Assembly (NCBI GenBank): GCA_965153355.1
Contig: OZ231126.1
Span: 10,168,001-10,232,000, forward strand
DNA from: Flaccisagitta enflata
Taxonomy: Eukaryota
Direction of reading: 5' to 3'
Length of the DNA: 64,000 nucleotides
Part shown: one piece after another, positions 62,892 through 64,000 of the stretch
Numbering within the stretch: position 1 is the stretch's first letter
Layout of the letters: the number at the start of each line of letters is the position of its first letter
Program-made: the position numbers and the translations under genes
The notes under the pieces: generated by a model
Seen by the model: the letters and a program-made list of their open reading frames with translations, nothing else
Database searches by the model: none
What the model was told of the DNA's origin: nothing

Positions 62892-63110
62892 CTTCGTGAT
62901 CTTTGGCTTGGGGATTGGCGCCATGCTCGAGCAGCAACTTGGCGACCTGTTTGGCGTGAAAGACGTTGAGATGCGTGGCTAAATGAAGACAAGTTTGTCC
63001 GTTGGTGAGAGGCGCGTCGGGGTCGGCGCCCGCGACCAGCAAATCGCGGATGCTCCACTCGTTACAGTGATGATTGGTGTAGTTGATAGCGCAGTGAAGG
63101 GCAGTCCAAC
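62892..63110 (-). CDS. Ankyrin repeat and SOCS box protein, penultimate exon
   Basis: GWTALHCAI..LLVAGADPD..GQTCLHLA..LLLEHGANPQAKDHEG; both boundaries are phase 1. Confidence 0.88.
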
Positions 63111-63351
63111 CTGTGAAATTATTGATGGTGAGGGAATTTTTAGTTGTGATGATTGATGTAATTAATAGGGTCTTTCAGCTCATTCTTAATTAGTTGTCTT
63201 GGGAGGGAAAACAGGGAGATTTGTTGTCAAGTTACCCAAGTACCTTTGACCATGTTGAAAACTTAATGCGGCATTTCCTTGCTCATTTCGTTTGGATACT
63301 GACTGTTGGATTATCATTTCCATTATTTAAATGTATGCTTCAAGACAATAC

Positions 63352-63454
63352 CTTGGGTAGTTTTGGCGTCTAGGTTGATATTCTGTTGCTTTATGAGGAG
63401 ATCGACAACCGGTTTGTGATTCATTTCCACCGCGCGAATCAAAGCTGTTTGACC
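63352..63454 (-). CDS. Ankyrin repeat and SOCS box protein, internal exon (gene continues upstream)
   Basis: tttcag|GQTALIRAVEMNHKPVVDLLIKQQNINLDAKTTQ G|gtattg, in phase with the next exon. Confidence 0.82.
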
Positions 63455-64000
63455 CTGAAATTAGGATTCAAAGGGGGGGGGGAAAGGGGGGCAGCATTTG
63501 AATTTCCCATGACTCAACGTATCCTATCTTAGTACAACTACAACCACAAGCAAGCCGTCATACATGTTCATCTACATCTGCTTTATATTCATTAATGTGA
63601 AACTCCACGATTTTTCAATGACTGACCTCTACTATCTAGGAAATAAATATACGGACACCTAACCATGATTGTAGTACCTAAACCTTTATATCTGATAAAA
63701 AAATGAAAGCAGATCAACAAACTATGACAACAAATCTTCCATTCAAAAACAAGCACAGCTATGTGGCTCAATCCGTTTTCAAATGGCAGCGTTTTAGAGA
63801 AGATCTGTCATTTTACATTAGAGGATTTCAGTTCAAATCATGAATCAACAATCCACATTGAATGAGCTCTCAAATTCAAATGGATTGACCACAATCACCC
63901 TGCTTGGCCTCATTAGATCACATTTTTCACAAATTCATTGATAATTGAAAAATTTGAAGGCTGATTTTAAACGTATTGCTCTGAAATGATCCAACATCAT

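Overview
Repeat-dense genomic DNA from an animal, probably an invertebrate: GT-AG introns, long microsatellites, no prokaryotic features. I assembled three host genes by hand on the minus strand. (1) A sacsin-like gene of about 3,050 aa in 5 coding exons (20370 to 6293). It has two GHKL/Hsp90-like sacsin repeats, J-like segments lacking HPD, and a C-terminal HEPN domain. (2) A 183-aa C17orf98/SPMAP1 (DUF4542) homolog in 4 exons (55823 to 48588), which the ORF track does not assemble. (3) The 3' end of an ankyrin-repeat/SOCS-box gene (63454 to 62176). The rest is transposon-derived: the 5' part of an intact-looking CR1/L2-type LINE, decayed LINE RT fragments, many Helentron-type (HINE/DINE-1-like) non-autonomous elements, and nested TIR elements with hAT-, Tc1/mariner-, Kolobok- and Chapaev-like TSD signatures. 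Two structures stand out. First, the 3' end of every SPMAP1-like exon, including its splice donor or stop codon, is reiterated in tandem immediately downstream, and a 29-bp satellite in the sacsin gene may have the same origin. Second, a 115-bp array of HINE 5' termini runs directly into a CCA-ended tRNA-Asp 3' half joined to a probable LTR end. All gene models and family assignments come from manual reading and motif recall, with no database searches.
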